A stretch of DNA of 63,002 nt, the filler included, from Octopus bimaculoides (Eukaryota): assembly GCF_001194135.2 (NCBI RefSeq). It is 8 parts of 7 records of this genome, joined end to end, with 100 filler letters (N's around TTAATTAATTAA, not from the genome) between each part and the next. Parts side by side here need not be neighbours in the genome. Positions count along the whole stretch, not along the records: positions 1 to 17,228 come from NC_068988.1; positions 17,329 to 27,292 come from NC_068997.1; 6 more parts are not named here. One strand, written 5' to 3'. Of this stretch, positions 13,009 to 26,230 are shown piece by piece (position 1 is the first letter of the stretch; the number at the start of each line of letters is the position of its first letter). A program made the translations under genes and the position numbers. The notes beneath the pieces are model-generated. The model was not told the DNA's origin. It did not search any database and was given only the letters and a program-made list of their open reading frames with translations.

Positions 13009-14510
13009 AACGTTCGCGTTAGTTTCTCTTCAATGTACTGAACGCTCCTGTTTCATACTGAGTTATATTCACGTCGGAGTAGGTCTTTTAATTGTTTCAT
13101 TTCCCGATTATTAAGTAAGTTCTTCACTTTAATGTAGCCTCTCGTTTTCCCTTTTCTTCAGTGGCAAGGTCTATATATAATTTAGATTTCATGTTCGTCA
13201 TCAAAATATGTCTTAGTCTCTATGCTTGTCCTCTTTGTAGGCTTAGTGTTTCTACCGGTTTTGTGAATCCTTTTCGGATAAACCTACAGTGAGATACAGT
13301 TTCTAATGAAATGAGGCTGCTAACTTAGGTGATATTTTTCTCGAAATGAATGTAACGGTTTTTTGTGTGTTCCTAAATGGCTTATAAGCATCTTGAAATT
13401 GTAAATTGTAAATTAAATATATATNNNNNNNNNNNNNNNNNNNNNNNNNNNNNNNNNNNNNNNNNNNNNNNNNNNNNNNNNNNNNNNNNNNNNNNNNNNN
13501 NNNNNNNNNNNNNNNNNNNNNNNNNNNNNNNNNNNNNNNNNNNNNNNNNNNNNNNNNNNNNNNNNNNNNNNNNNNNNNNNNNNNNNNNNNNNNNNNNNNN
13601 NNNNNNNNNNNNNNNNNNNNNNNNNNNNNNNNNNNNNNNNTATATATATATATATATATCATATACATATAGACACATATGTAGATATATGAAATATTAC
13701 GAGATCTATAGGTTTAGAATAGTTTACATCAGAGTCATCTCAATACTGTGTGTCAAAATAATACCATTAAGAACAACGATCAAACCAAAGGCTGTTATAC
13801 GGTATACCTTACCTAACTGTATCCATAAACCAGTGAAATATGTAGCATTACACCGGTACACAGAAGTATATTTAACTGAACGTATAGGTAATGTACAATC
13901 CCCATAGGACTCACAGAAACAATAGAGAAGTTTGCTTAGACATGTGTTATAATTTACAACACAGAGAAGCTGTCACATTGTGTAAACTTCAGATGGCTGT
14001 TGTCATTCAGATTGATTAACATCCAGGTTGATTCCGGCAGGGAATAAGAGAAAGTATCATTATATGTCTCATTCTATAGGACGGGCTGACACACATATAC
14101 ATATCAAAATACCCAGAAACACACGCACAAGCAGAGATACACACACATATACTCACAGCTTGATGTCTAGCTCTCTTCCCCACCTCACTGTTTTTCTCGC
14201 TTTCTATTTCTCTTTCTCACTATGTATCTACGTATATGTGTGTATAAGTATATGTATATTAATACTTGTTTTTACGTCTAGCCACGATTGAAATCACTTA
14301 AGCATTAAATGTAAACATATCTTAATACTTTCAGTAAACTAGATTTTTGCTAATTTTAAAAGAATTGGTTGCATGTGACTTCGAAGTTACTCTCGTTCAC
14401 CTCTAGGCGATTGCCTGTCACATGTATATATGTATGTGTGCATGCATGAATGTTTGTGTGTGTACATATGTATGAAAATATGTATGCATGTATGTATGTA
14501 TTTATGTATG

Positions 14511-14561
<51 letters not shown>

Positions 14562-14623
14562 NNNNNNNNNNNNNNNNNNNNNNNNNNNNNNNNNNNNNNN
14601 NNNNNNNNNNNNNNNNNNNNNNN

Positions 14624-14674
<51 letters not shown>

Positions 14675-14939
14675 GGTGCGTAAGATTTTTGAGGACAGAT
14701 TTGCGTTTATAGTAAAACAGATATATAATAACAGATAATAACTTAATTTATCACAAAATCCTTTGACGATAAAAATAAACCTTTTCTATAATGCTATTCA
14801 ATAAAGCCAACTTCAGCATCTACAACTGTTTCTACGAGGGACGTATGAAATGTCTTGAGTCTCAAAAAACAAAACATGGTACAAGACTTCTGATGTAGGT
14901 ACAAGACCTCAAGTTTCAAATGCATTGAAGTCTCAAAAC

Positions 14940-15330
14940 TTTATATACACCCCTTGTATATGAGATCTAAATCAGCTCCATGCTCCAATCAAGTGGTTCT
15001 GCTTCATTTTGGACATTACTCTGACTATGGCAGTTTTCAAAGAATCTTTGGTGTTTTGGGTGTGTTCATTGACCTCTGTCTGAACAATGCTCCACATGTA
15101 GTAGTCCAACTGATTGAGACCTGGGGAATAGGGATGTCAGATGTTAGGAGTTATGTAATCAAGATTATTTTCAGCCATCCATTCATGTGTTACTAGAACC
15201 ATATATGATAGGGAAGAGTCTTCCTGAAACACATATGACATTCCATTGCATACACTGTCTATCCAGGGCTTAACAATTATTTCCAGAGCCTCAATGTAGG
15301 CGGCAGAGGGGTTTGCGCATAACCATCTGT
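14940..15330 (-). mobile_element. Tc1/mariner (probably DD37D maT-like) transposase C-terminal remnant
   Basis: AYIEALEIIVKPWIDSVCNGMSYVFQEDSS..THEWMAEN..ITPNI*HPYSPGLNQLDYYMWSIV..NTKDSLKTAI. A candidate TIR tacagggtg lies at about 14669. Confidence 0.8.
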
Positions 15331-16052
15331 TATTTCTTTTGTTAACTTTTTGATCTTGGTCGAGACTTTTCTCGTTTGAGTAAAACCAAATCAAATCTTC
15401 TATTAGCTTTTTTCAGTTTGTTTAAGAGCCTTTTAGATCTGATGTAGTAATTTTCTGTTGTTTTTTCTGACACATAGATCTGTCCTCATCATGTCTACGT
15501 GGACATCAATTCTGATTGTTTCCTTCTGACACATGGAGATATTTTGCAACAGAGCTCGTGGATATCTGGGGTTGTAATATATGGTCTGTTGAACTTGCTG
15601 GATAAATGCAGGTATTCTGATGATTTCAGAGCGTTAGAATGCTTTTCTTCGCTGTGATACTGGTGATACGTTCCATCTTTAGTCTCTAGCTCCCTTGCGA
15701 GTAATTTTGTAGAGGAAAACTGAAATAAGCCTGACGTATATATGTACATATGTGTGTTTTTTTTTCGTGTGTGCGTGTGCGTCTGTGTTTGTTCCAACAC
15801 CCCCGCTTTGACAACCGACGAGGGCATGTTTATATCCACGTGTCTAGCGGTTCGGCAAAAGAGACCAATAATATAAAAACGTGGCTAATAAAGACTAAGT
15901 CCTAGGGTCGATTTGTTCGACTAGAACCCCTCAAGGTGGTGGTCCAGCATGACGGCAGTCAATTGACTGAAACGAATAAAATAATATAAGCATATATATG
16001 TTTATGTGTGTATGTGTCTGTATGTGTGTGTGTGCGTGTGCGTATGTGTATG

Positions 16053-16092
<40 letters not shown>

Positions 16093-16099
16093 TGTGTGT

Positions 16100-16133
<34 letters not shown>

Positions 16134-16916
16134 CCGTAATATCAAACTTCAATATATTATCGTTCCGGCAATAGGAAATTTCAATTTCATCTTTTTGTCA
16201 CCCAATTATTATTGTTTATTTACCCGTCTGTAGATTAATTATATAGTCGGCGGTTCTGTTTCTAATGTGCAAACGATTATATGACAAAAACAATCACTTC
16301 TTAATGTGGAATATATCTGAAATTTCTGCTAGATTGGTCATGTAATATTTTATGTAAACATTATAATATTATTTTGTACTAATCAAAATTCCTCTTGGAG
16401 AACATTTTGTATCAGATTATTAGAATATTTCGGATAGTAAAAGTGTCTATATTTTCATGTATAATCAAATAATTATAGTTACGATTGCTGTCTAATGCCC
16501 GCCGTGCAAACTCAGAACTCCAACTTGAGAATTTACTTCGCCCTTCATGTGACGAACACTTCCAGTGTACTTCTCAGGAAAGTACAATCCCACCCATTGT
16601 TAAGATGGGTACTCTCTCATCCCTCACATTCACTTCTGCCACAGATGAACTTTCATGTTCTCAATCATTATGAACGTTATACTTTTTGATAATATACAAC
16701 ACACGTTATCTTCTGTCTCCTTCCAGTATACGGGATATACAAGTATTTTAGAGTTAGTGGCGTGCGCAACTACTTACGGTTTCGTATACGAAATCGTAAC
16801 TGACAAAGCATTGGCGTAACTAAGTGTAATAACAATATCAACATCAACAACAAAAACAACAGTAATAATAACAATGATGATAATAATAATAATGATATTT
16901 ATTATCATTATTATCG

Positions 16917-16986
<70 letters not shown>

Positions 16987-17328
16987 CGTTATTATTATTA
17001 TTGTTCAGTAGTTTTATTTTTATAACGTGCTTTCACTTCACTACCGAGCGCAGCTCTGTGCGCCTTGGGTATGTGCTGTGGTTTGCTGTGGTGCTCTTAT
17101 GTTTACTGTATTGAAAGTGTTTTGCGTAGAATGTGTGAAGTACGCAGTAGTGCAATTTTCTGTATGTTATATATATTTGTAAGTCCTGCTATTTTTGTTA
17201 TGTATTTGTCTGAATATTTTTTTATTATNNNNNNNNNNNNNNNNNNNNNNNNNNNNNNNNNNNNNNNNNNNNTTAATTAATTAANNNNNNNNNNNNNNNN
17301 NNNNNNNNNNNNNNNNNNNNNNNNNNNN

Positions 17329-17361
<33 letters not shown>

Positions 17362-18950
17362 AATACATATATGTATATATTTATTTGTATCTTTATATAT
17401 ATATGAATGCTTAGTGTGCAAAGATACATCACACACATACATATACACACATATATATTATATGAGACTCGATTTTAAGTTCGTATGTTTTAGCAGCATA
17501 TGTGAGTCTTTTTATGTATGAATCGTTATCGATTACACAAGAAACATATGCATTAGTGTCATCAATCTCTCATTTTCTCTATCGTTATTTTACACTATCC
17601 GTCGAATATTATTTCCTCTTCTTTCTATTCGTGGAGTTACATGGCTTAATGGTTAAGGCATTGCTCAGAAGATCGTCTGATTGAGATTTCGATTTCTGGG
17701 CAGGACAATACGTTGTGTTTTTAAGCAAAGTACGTCATTGCACTTTACTCTCATGAACACAGCTGGAAGGAAAGAATAAGTTATTTATTCCATTCACTAA
17801 TTTTGGAATTCTATTCGCATACACAGGGAATCATTTACAGCCTTCTACGTCAATAAACCATTATTGTTCCTGAAAATTGTTTTTTTTTTAATACTTTCTA
17901 CAGACTACTCGAAACTTACTATCATCCTACAATTTGATCCTTGGATCTTACCCTTTCCACATATATACTTGTGTGTGTGTGTGTGTATGTATGTACATAC
18001 ATACGTATAGATATTATATCTCTGTACGAAACGATCGTCTGCAAGAATTAAACTTCTTATAAATTTTAACATCTTGTTCCCTCCAATCTTAACAAAACTG
18101 ATGGAATTTATGGAAGTTCATACACACACACACATACACACACACACNNNNNNNNNNNNNNNNNNNNNNNNNNNNNNNNNNNNNNNNNNNNNNNNNNNNN
18201 NNNNNNNNNNNNNNNNNNNNNNNNNNNNNNNNNNNNNNNNNNNNNNNNNNNNNNNNNNNNNNNNNNNNNNNNNNNNNNNNNNNNNNNNNNNNNNNNNNNN
18301 NNNNNNNNNNNNNNNNNNNNNNNNNNNNNNNNNNNNNNNNNNNNNNNNNNNNNNNNNNNNNNNNNNNNNNNNNNNNNNNNNNNNNNNNNNNNNNNNNNNN
18401 NNNNNNNNNNNNNNNNNNNNNNNNNNNNNNNNNNNNNNNNNNNNNNNNNNNNNNNNNNNNNNNNNNNNNNNNNNNNNNNNNNNNNNNNNNNNNNNNNNNN
18501 NNNNNNNNNNNNNNNNNNNNNNNNNNNNNNNNNNNNNNNNNNNNNNNNNNNNNNNNNNNNNNNNNNNNNNNNNNNNNNNNNNNNNNNNNNNNNNNNNNNN
18601 NNNNNNNNNNNNNNNNNNNNNNNNNNNNNNNNNNNNNNNNNNNNNNNNNNNNNNNNNNNNNNNNNNNNNNNNNNNNNNNNNNNNNNNNNNNNNNNNNNNN
18701 NNNNNNNNNNNNNNNNNNNNNNNNNNNNNNNNNNNNNNNNNNNNNNNNNNNNNNNNNNNNNNNNNNNNNNNNNNNNNNNNNNNNNNNNNNNNNNNNNNNN
18801 NNNNNNNNNNNNNNNNNNNNNNNNNNNNNNNNNNNNNNNNNNNNNNNNNNNNNNNNNNNNNNNNNNNNNNNNNNNNNNNNNNNNNNNNNNNNNNNNNNNN
18901 NNNNNNNNNNNNNNNNNNNNNNNNNNNNNNNNNNNNNNNNNNNNNNNNNN

Positions 18951-19006
<56 letters not shown>

Positions 19007-21197
19007 TACGGGAAAACAAAAGACGAAGACAGGCGTATGAACAAGAAAGTGTATTAGGGTGATGTTCTGCAAAGTGACAAAATCGTTTACGTTTCGAGCC
19101 TACGCTCTTCAACAGAAAGGAATAAGAGAAAGTACAGATAGAGTATAAAAAAAAACTTGAAACTTTAGCGATCAAGCATGGTGACTAGTTGGGGAAAAAA
19201 GGTTTGACAGGAGAGGTAGAAAGAAGGGCAGATAATAAAGTATTGGTGATCCGAGACAAAGGTGCGCGTGCATGTGTGTGTGTATGTGAGAATGTGTAAG
19301 TGTGCGTGTGGATACGAACTCGTGATTTTTTTACGTGTATCGATGTGTGCGTGTGTAAGTTTGTGCGTCTGTAATGTGTGTGTGGATGATTGTGTGTAGG
19401 TTCGCGGATGATAGTGTGTGGGCGTGCAGATGAGGTTGTGTGGTGTGGGTGCTGCGAAGTTTCGAAGATACATTAAGTATTCAGAAGTATACAATCCCTC
19501 TTTATTTGTCTCAAACATTTTTATTTACTGCCAAAATTTTGGTCACATCGAGTCCAGCCTGGTGACTGACACGGTTCTACAAACACACACAACCGCTTAC
19601 ACTCATAAACGCACATATATACATGTATATATATATATATGTATATATAAGTATATATATATATATATATATATNNNNNNNNNNNNNNNNNNNNNNNNNN
19701 NNNNNNNNNNNNNNNNNNNNNNNNNNNNNNNNNNNNNNNNNNNNNNNNNNNNNNNNNNNNNNNNNNNNNNNNNNNNNNNNNNNNNNNNNNNNNNNNNNNN
19801 NNNNNNNNNNNNNNNNNNNNNNNNNNNNNNNNNNNNNNNNNNNNNNNNNNNNNNNNNNNNNNNNNNNNNNNNNNNNNNNNNNNNNNNNNNNNNNNNNNNN
19901 NNNNNNNNNNNNNNNNNNNNNNNNNNNNNNNNNNNNNNNNNNNNNNNNNNNNNNNNNNNNNNNNNNNNNNNNNNNNNNNNNNNNNNNNNNNNNNNNNNNN
20001 NNNNNNNNNNNNNNNNNNNNNNNNNNNNNNNNNNNNNNNNNNNNNNNNNNNNNNNNNNNNNNNNNNNNNNNNNNNNNNNNNNNNNNNNNNNNNNNNNNNN
20101 NNNNNNNNNNNNNNNNNNNNNNNNNNNNNNNNNNNNNNNNNNNNNNNNNNNNNNNNNNNNNNNNNNNNNNNNNNNNNNNNNNNNNNNNNNNNNNNNNNNN
20201 NNNNNNNNNNNNNNNNNNNNNNNNNNNNNNNNNNNNNNNNNNNNNNNNNNNNNNNNNNNNNNNNNNNNNNNNNNNNNNNNNNNNNNNNNNNNNNNNNNNN
20301 NNNNNNNNNNNNNNNNNNNNNNNNNNNNNNNNNNNNNNNNNNNNNNNNNNNNNNNNNNNNNNNNNNNNNNNNNNNNNNNNNNNNNNNNNNNNNNNNNNNN
20401 NNNNNNNNNNNNNNNNNNNNNNNNNNNNNNNNNNNNNNNNNNNNNNNNNNNNNNNNNNNNNNNNNNNNNNNNNNNNNNNNNNNNNNNNNNNNNNNNNNNN
20501 NNNNNNNNNNNNNNNNNNNNNNNNNNNNNNNNNNNNNNNNNNNNNNNNNNNNNNNNNNNNNATATATATATATATAATCGCATACATGTTTATATGCGTA
20601 TATTTGCTTATGCATTTATGTATGTGTGTGTGTATTTAAGAATATGTACATTAATTTATATCATTATATTAGGGAAAAATCATATTTATTACGTAACTCA
20701 AAACTACATAAAATATCTATGGTTATATATCATAGTGAAGTGTGATATTTATAACAGTAAGACGATATGGAATAAAATATTTAAACATGATCATTTAGAT
20801 AAATAATCTCAAATGAAAAATTATATATTAATGTATTATATTAATATAGAGAAAAACATATATACAAAGCCTGAAATTGATATTTCAATGTTTATACATA
20901 CACGCTCGCATATTTATCTACCTATATCTTAATATATACACACAGAGGCATACATACATATATATATATATGAATGTATATGGTTATAAAAGAACATTCT
21001 GTTTCTATTCTCAGCACGAGTAATTATTGTTTTATTTTAAATATTCTGAATTTAATTTAAGGAAACCGAGGGCCAGAACTGATAGAATGCTTCTGTATTT
21101 GACATCATTTATTTCGTTACTACTCTTCTAGTTCCCGAGTTCGAACTTTAGCAGATATCACCATTGTTGAATATCCCTGTAGTTTCAGTTGGCTACA

Positions 21198-21239
<42 letters not shown>

Positions 21240-23323
21240 ATGTGTTGAACTTTAATCCCTACACAATTATCTCTCTCTCCATTTCTTTTCTATTCAATCA
21301 TTTCTGTCGTAGAGCGTAAGCTCGAAACGTTGATAACTTATCCATTTTTCTCGAGCGTTAAACCAATACCCCTGCTTGTTGTACACCACCTGTCTTTGTC
21401 TTTTGTTTACTCTAACTTTGATCTCCGTGTGTGTGTGTGTGTGTATTTGTCTGTGTGTGTGTATATGTGACTGTGCGTGCATGTTTGCATGTGTACGTGT
21501 ATGATTCTCCTTTGAGTTTTACTTACGTTATCCTTAAGAGGGCTGAAACCGCACACTAACAAGGAGACAAACTTTTCTGAGTTAAGAGAGTTCCCGATGT
21601 TTGTAAATACGTCGTTGAGGTACATATATTCACCTAAAGAATCTCCGTTCACTTCTGTGGGGGAAAGGGTGTCACTGCCTTCTAGAACGACACATTCCAT
21701 CAACCACCAGACGTCAACATATTCAGCTCTGTACCGTTAATTTGTTTGTCAGTTAATTGACTTAACCACTTGAACATGTTCCTTAGTAGCTGGATATCTT
21801 TGATCGTGAGTAGAAGCAGTGGGGAATCATAATAGCCATGTGTGTAAAGGGATTCTGTGGGATTTAAATAATTAACACCTGTTAAAATGGGTTTTTCGTT
21901 CTTAAATGAACTCTCAACGAACAGAAATTTTTATATTTACATTCTTAAAGTAAAACCTATACCACAACGAAAGTAAAAACTATATGGCAGAGAAGGAAAC
22001 AAGCAATAAGTGATGATCAAGAATAAGAGAGTGAGAATATGAAGAAAAGGGCATAAATCTAATTTGCCTTATTTAGCTATATACACCGCATTCCCACTGA
22101 GTGTAGAAATACAATCAAATGATTAGAAATGTGTACTATGTTGACACTGTGACATTCCTTTATCTAAAATCTTTTTTCTGATTTTAAAATTACGTTAATT
22201 GGCATATCACCTGATTTTGTCCGTATCAGGTTTATGTGAAAATGTGAATAAGTATAAGAAAGGAAATCCGTAGACTTTCTCAAACGATTCTTATGTTATC
22301 AGTTACATATCAATGTTTTATTTTATTAGTGTCACACTGTATGGTAAGTTATTGTCTTTGAAATATGGTGGTTTTATTTGGCTCATATGACAGGATTATA
22401 CCACAGGATATTTCGTAGTTTTATAATTTTGTATTTCTTTGCAAAAATGTTGATACGAATGCAATAGTGTAATAGTTGGGAAGAACTATCTACTGAATTT
22501 AATAAGCACATTCACCAGTTGCTTGAATATACTTCTCTACCTTTTCCGAGTAGAGAAGTATATTTTGCTCCCCAAAAATATTTCATGGGGCAATAATTTT
22601 AAATGCTTAACGTTTAAGTGATGTTTACAGTTGCTAAATGACTATTGTAAGCGTATTTATTTGTTTACTCGCGTTATAACTTCAAAATATGCAGAACCTT
22701 CACCCAAATAACTTCAAAATTAGAAACGTTGTGTACCGCACTATATGTGAAAGGTTTTCAGAAAACTAGAGGGGGTAAACTGAAAAGAAACAAACATCAG
22801 CACCCTATTAGCATGCAATAAAGATATGCACTTTAACTCGAAATAAAAATGTATGACGTAAAATTTATTTTTCAGACCTCCAAAAGGCTAAACTTTACGG
22901 TAGATACTATAAGTAGAGAAACATCAGAATCAGACACCAACTTCACATATAATATGAAGAACAAGTGTTGTGTAGCTCCACCTTAAAGGAAATCCACCAG
23001 CACAATAGCATAAAATTAAGGATAAAATGAATCCAAAAAACGACAAAAGTCAACGAATACAAAGAGATGTATGGTCAAATGTCGATATCAGTAAAAGTAA
23101 GCAAAATAAAGGAATAACTACTACAGTCATTCAGTCACATGGCATGCTCAGTACAGAGACGTAGAAAAAGTAAAACGGTTAAAACAAAGAACATTTATAA
23201 ACATAAAACTATTCAAAGTCTACAGGATTGTATAATGAAAGAATATTTGTGAGAACATAAGCGAACAAGGAAAATAGGGAAAGATATATAAACAAACAAC
23301 AACCGGTGAGTTTTTTCACAGGC

Positions 23324-23390
23324 TTTATAGGTTCTTCTATTTTATAGGTTCTTCTATTTTATAGGTTCTTCTATTTTATAGGTTCTTCTA
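23324..23390. repeat. 17 bp minisatellite, about 4 copies (TTTTATAGGTTCTTCTA)
   Basis: Tandem copies directly visible. Confidence 0.9.
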
Positions 23391-24582
23391 ATTTAACAAC
23401 TTGGGACTTGAGACCTAAAGTGATATTGTATTTTCTCTGAGAGGCTACTATTTCATGACTTTTTAACGTAATGCTAAACACGCGTGATGACGCACAGACA
23501 TAACACACGTGAATGTGTGTATATGTATGTATGTATGTACGTATGTATGTATGTATGTAAGTATGTATATATGTATGTAAGTGTACATACACATAATTAT
23601 CATTATTGTAGTGTACTTACAAGATATTCTATATTTCAAGTCCATTTCACACCGTGTTGAACATATATACCCCACCACACGTGCGTGTGTGTATAAATAT
23701 ATACACGCACACACGTATGTATATATGTATGTATTCATGTATGAATGTATGTATGTATCCAGCACGATGCAAGATAGACTTCAAACCCAGAAAAATATCG
23801 TCGTGTATTTACATTGTAATAATATGCATCATTTGTGATGTACGGCCATCACTGTTTCCATAAATTTAATCAATCCATATATCATATGGTGGTGTAGTTG
23901 ATGAAACGCCACTAAAAATCTGGAAGATTATTTATATTCAATATTATCTTGGGTGAATTAATTTGCCAGATAAAGATTGTGTTTCAATACACAATTCGGT
24001 TTTGAACATTATATGAAATTTGTTGCCATCCCTGCGGTACGATTTCAAATGAACCTAGATTCTCATTTTATCGTGAGTTTATTTTTACCTTATAAATAAT
24101 ATTCAATCGGGTTGTAACATGACATGCTAGAAATGGGAGTCAGTTCCCCACCCAAACAAAATTTTTTCGTACCGTCTTAGTACGTTTTTGAGTGCTGCGG
24201 ACGTCGAAAAACGTTGGGGATTATCAAAACTGAAATACTTTTGATTATAAGATTGTGCCAGCTTGGCCGAGCTTCCCTAATTCAACAAAATGGTGGATAT
24301 ATTGTAGAATTGGCGGAGAGTCTAACTGAATATTTTATGTGGTCTTATTTTCGGTTTACAAATCATTTTTTGCATTCATTCAGAACAAGTGAATATAAAT
24401 GAATACACCTAGGTATATAATAAAGTTATGTAGAGGACTCTTTTATAAATAATACATTTATATATGTCGGAAAGCAAAGTATTAGGTTCGTGCATCGTAT
24501 ACTGTCTTTTTCACATTGCATGGTTACAAAACTTACTTAGCTCTTAATAATAAAGTTTGTGTTAAAGATATTTTCGCCTCTG

Positions 24583-24655
24583 TGAAACCGTGACCTGTTC
24601 ACTGACAAAACTTCGTGCAGCACGAAGTTTTGTTAATGAACAGGTCGCGGTTTCA
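24583..24655. repeat. Hairpin with 35 bp arms and 3 nt loop, within a dispersed repeat (related flank at about 13310-13424)
   Basis: tgaaaccgtgacctgttcactgacaaaacttcgtg-cag-cacgaagttttgttaatgaacaggtcgcggtttca. Confidence 0.85.
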
Positions 24656-24789
24656 AAATGACAAAAATATGTTGACACGAATTAAATTTAAATGTTGAAG
24701 TGAATCTAATGGTTTTTGTGTGTTCTTAAATGACTCATAAACATCTTCCACGCTGCGATTATATTTATGTATATATTATTAATATATCT

Positions 24790-25204
24790 CAGGGTAGTAA
24801 AAAAAAAAAAAGAAATTTGTTTTACTACCAGTGGTCAAGGGAGAAGAAAAAAACTAGTGAATAGACAATATATTATTCATATAAATATATACAGTGTACA
24901 TTTAAACACATAAGAGAGATGTCCTATTATGGACATCTCTCTTATGTGTGTAAATGTACACTGTATGTATATATATATATATATATTAAAATACAGAGAT
25001 GCATATAATAGGACATCTAACCCGCGAGAAAGATCAGCAAAAAACTCTATACCACTCTATACCACTCTTTCTAGCGGGTCAGATGTCCTATTATAGGCAT
25101 CTCTGTATTTTAATGAATAATATATATATAGTCTATTGACTAATTTTTATTCTCGCTGGACCACTGGTGGTAAATTAAATTTCTAAAATTTTTTTGCTGC
25201 CCTG
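24790..25204. repeat. Nested (T/Y-shaped) inverted-repeat element, CAGGG...CCCTG termini
   Basis: Outer arms of about 90-100 bp enclose two independent hairpins at 24889-24966 and 24985-25114. Confidence 0.85.
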
Positions 25205-25218
25205 TAATTTATTAATGG

Positions 25219-25293
<75 letters not shown>

Positions 25294-25427
25294 TAGATAT
25301 ATACTTATATACATACTAAAACTGCAAATTAGCCACCCACGTTATTTATAACTTTCACTTTTACTGTTTATGAAATCAGAGAAAACTTATCAAGTGACAA
25401 AGCGAGCTGAGTTTCACCATAGTCGCG

Positions 25428-25498
25428 ATGAGAGCCACTGATGAGCATTAGGCTGCGTAAGCATTAAAATGCGAAATCATCGGTGATCTAACTATATC
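25428..25498 (+). ncRNA. Type I hammerhead-ribozyme-like motif (core intact, helix I decayed)
   Basis: CTGATGA (25438-44), GCAT..ATGC helix II, GAAA (25473-76), TCA(tcgg)TGA helix III, then T-C. Predicted AUC cleavage site at 25488. Confidence 0.6.
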
Positions 25499-25770
25499 TG
25501 CTACTGTAGGGGGCTTGCCTCCCTTGTCAGTCATTAAGGTAGTGTTTGTGTGGCTATTAATTTTGGTGATGATTACTGCCCTTTGTCACTTTTGTGACGT
25601 ATATATTTCTGCCTTTAGGTTGTAAAATTGCGAATTAGCCACCCACATTGTATATATATATATATATATATANNNNNNNNNNGATTTTGTATTTAAAAAA
25701 AAAATGAAGTAGTCAGGAGTTGAATAAAAACTTTATAAATAATAATTTATCTAAATCCTGATCACCTCCA

Positions 25771-25815
<45 letters not shown>

Positions 25816-26156
25816 TCGTGGTATTCAGGTTAAATTTGAAGACTTTTGTCAGTATATACATGTGTGTGTCTGTGTCTGTGTCTATGTATGTACAAGCGTT
25901 TATGTCTGTTTGTGTGTAAAGAGAAAGAATGCTTAGGAAGACGATAATAACAACTGTTGAGATAGAAAATAATAATACAACTCCATTTGACTTCCCACTA
26001 TCCGGTCACCCATTGCATATATTATTAATCCCAGCTGGTTTGATGGAAGATATATGTGATGTGATCAAAATGCACATGAGGGGATTAACTGATAATTGAG
26101 TCTTTATGTTAATTCTTTCCCTGAAGAATAGAATACTGTCGGTGTAAATTAGAGAG

Positions 26157-26230
<74 letters not shown>

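Noticed and set aside
12939-23390. Short regularly repeated 17-mers as possible CRISPR-like arrays
   Set aside because: Head-to-tail minisatellites without spacers, in a eukaryotic context.
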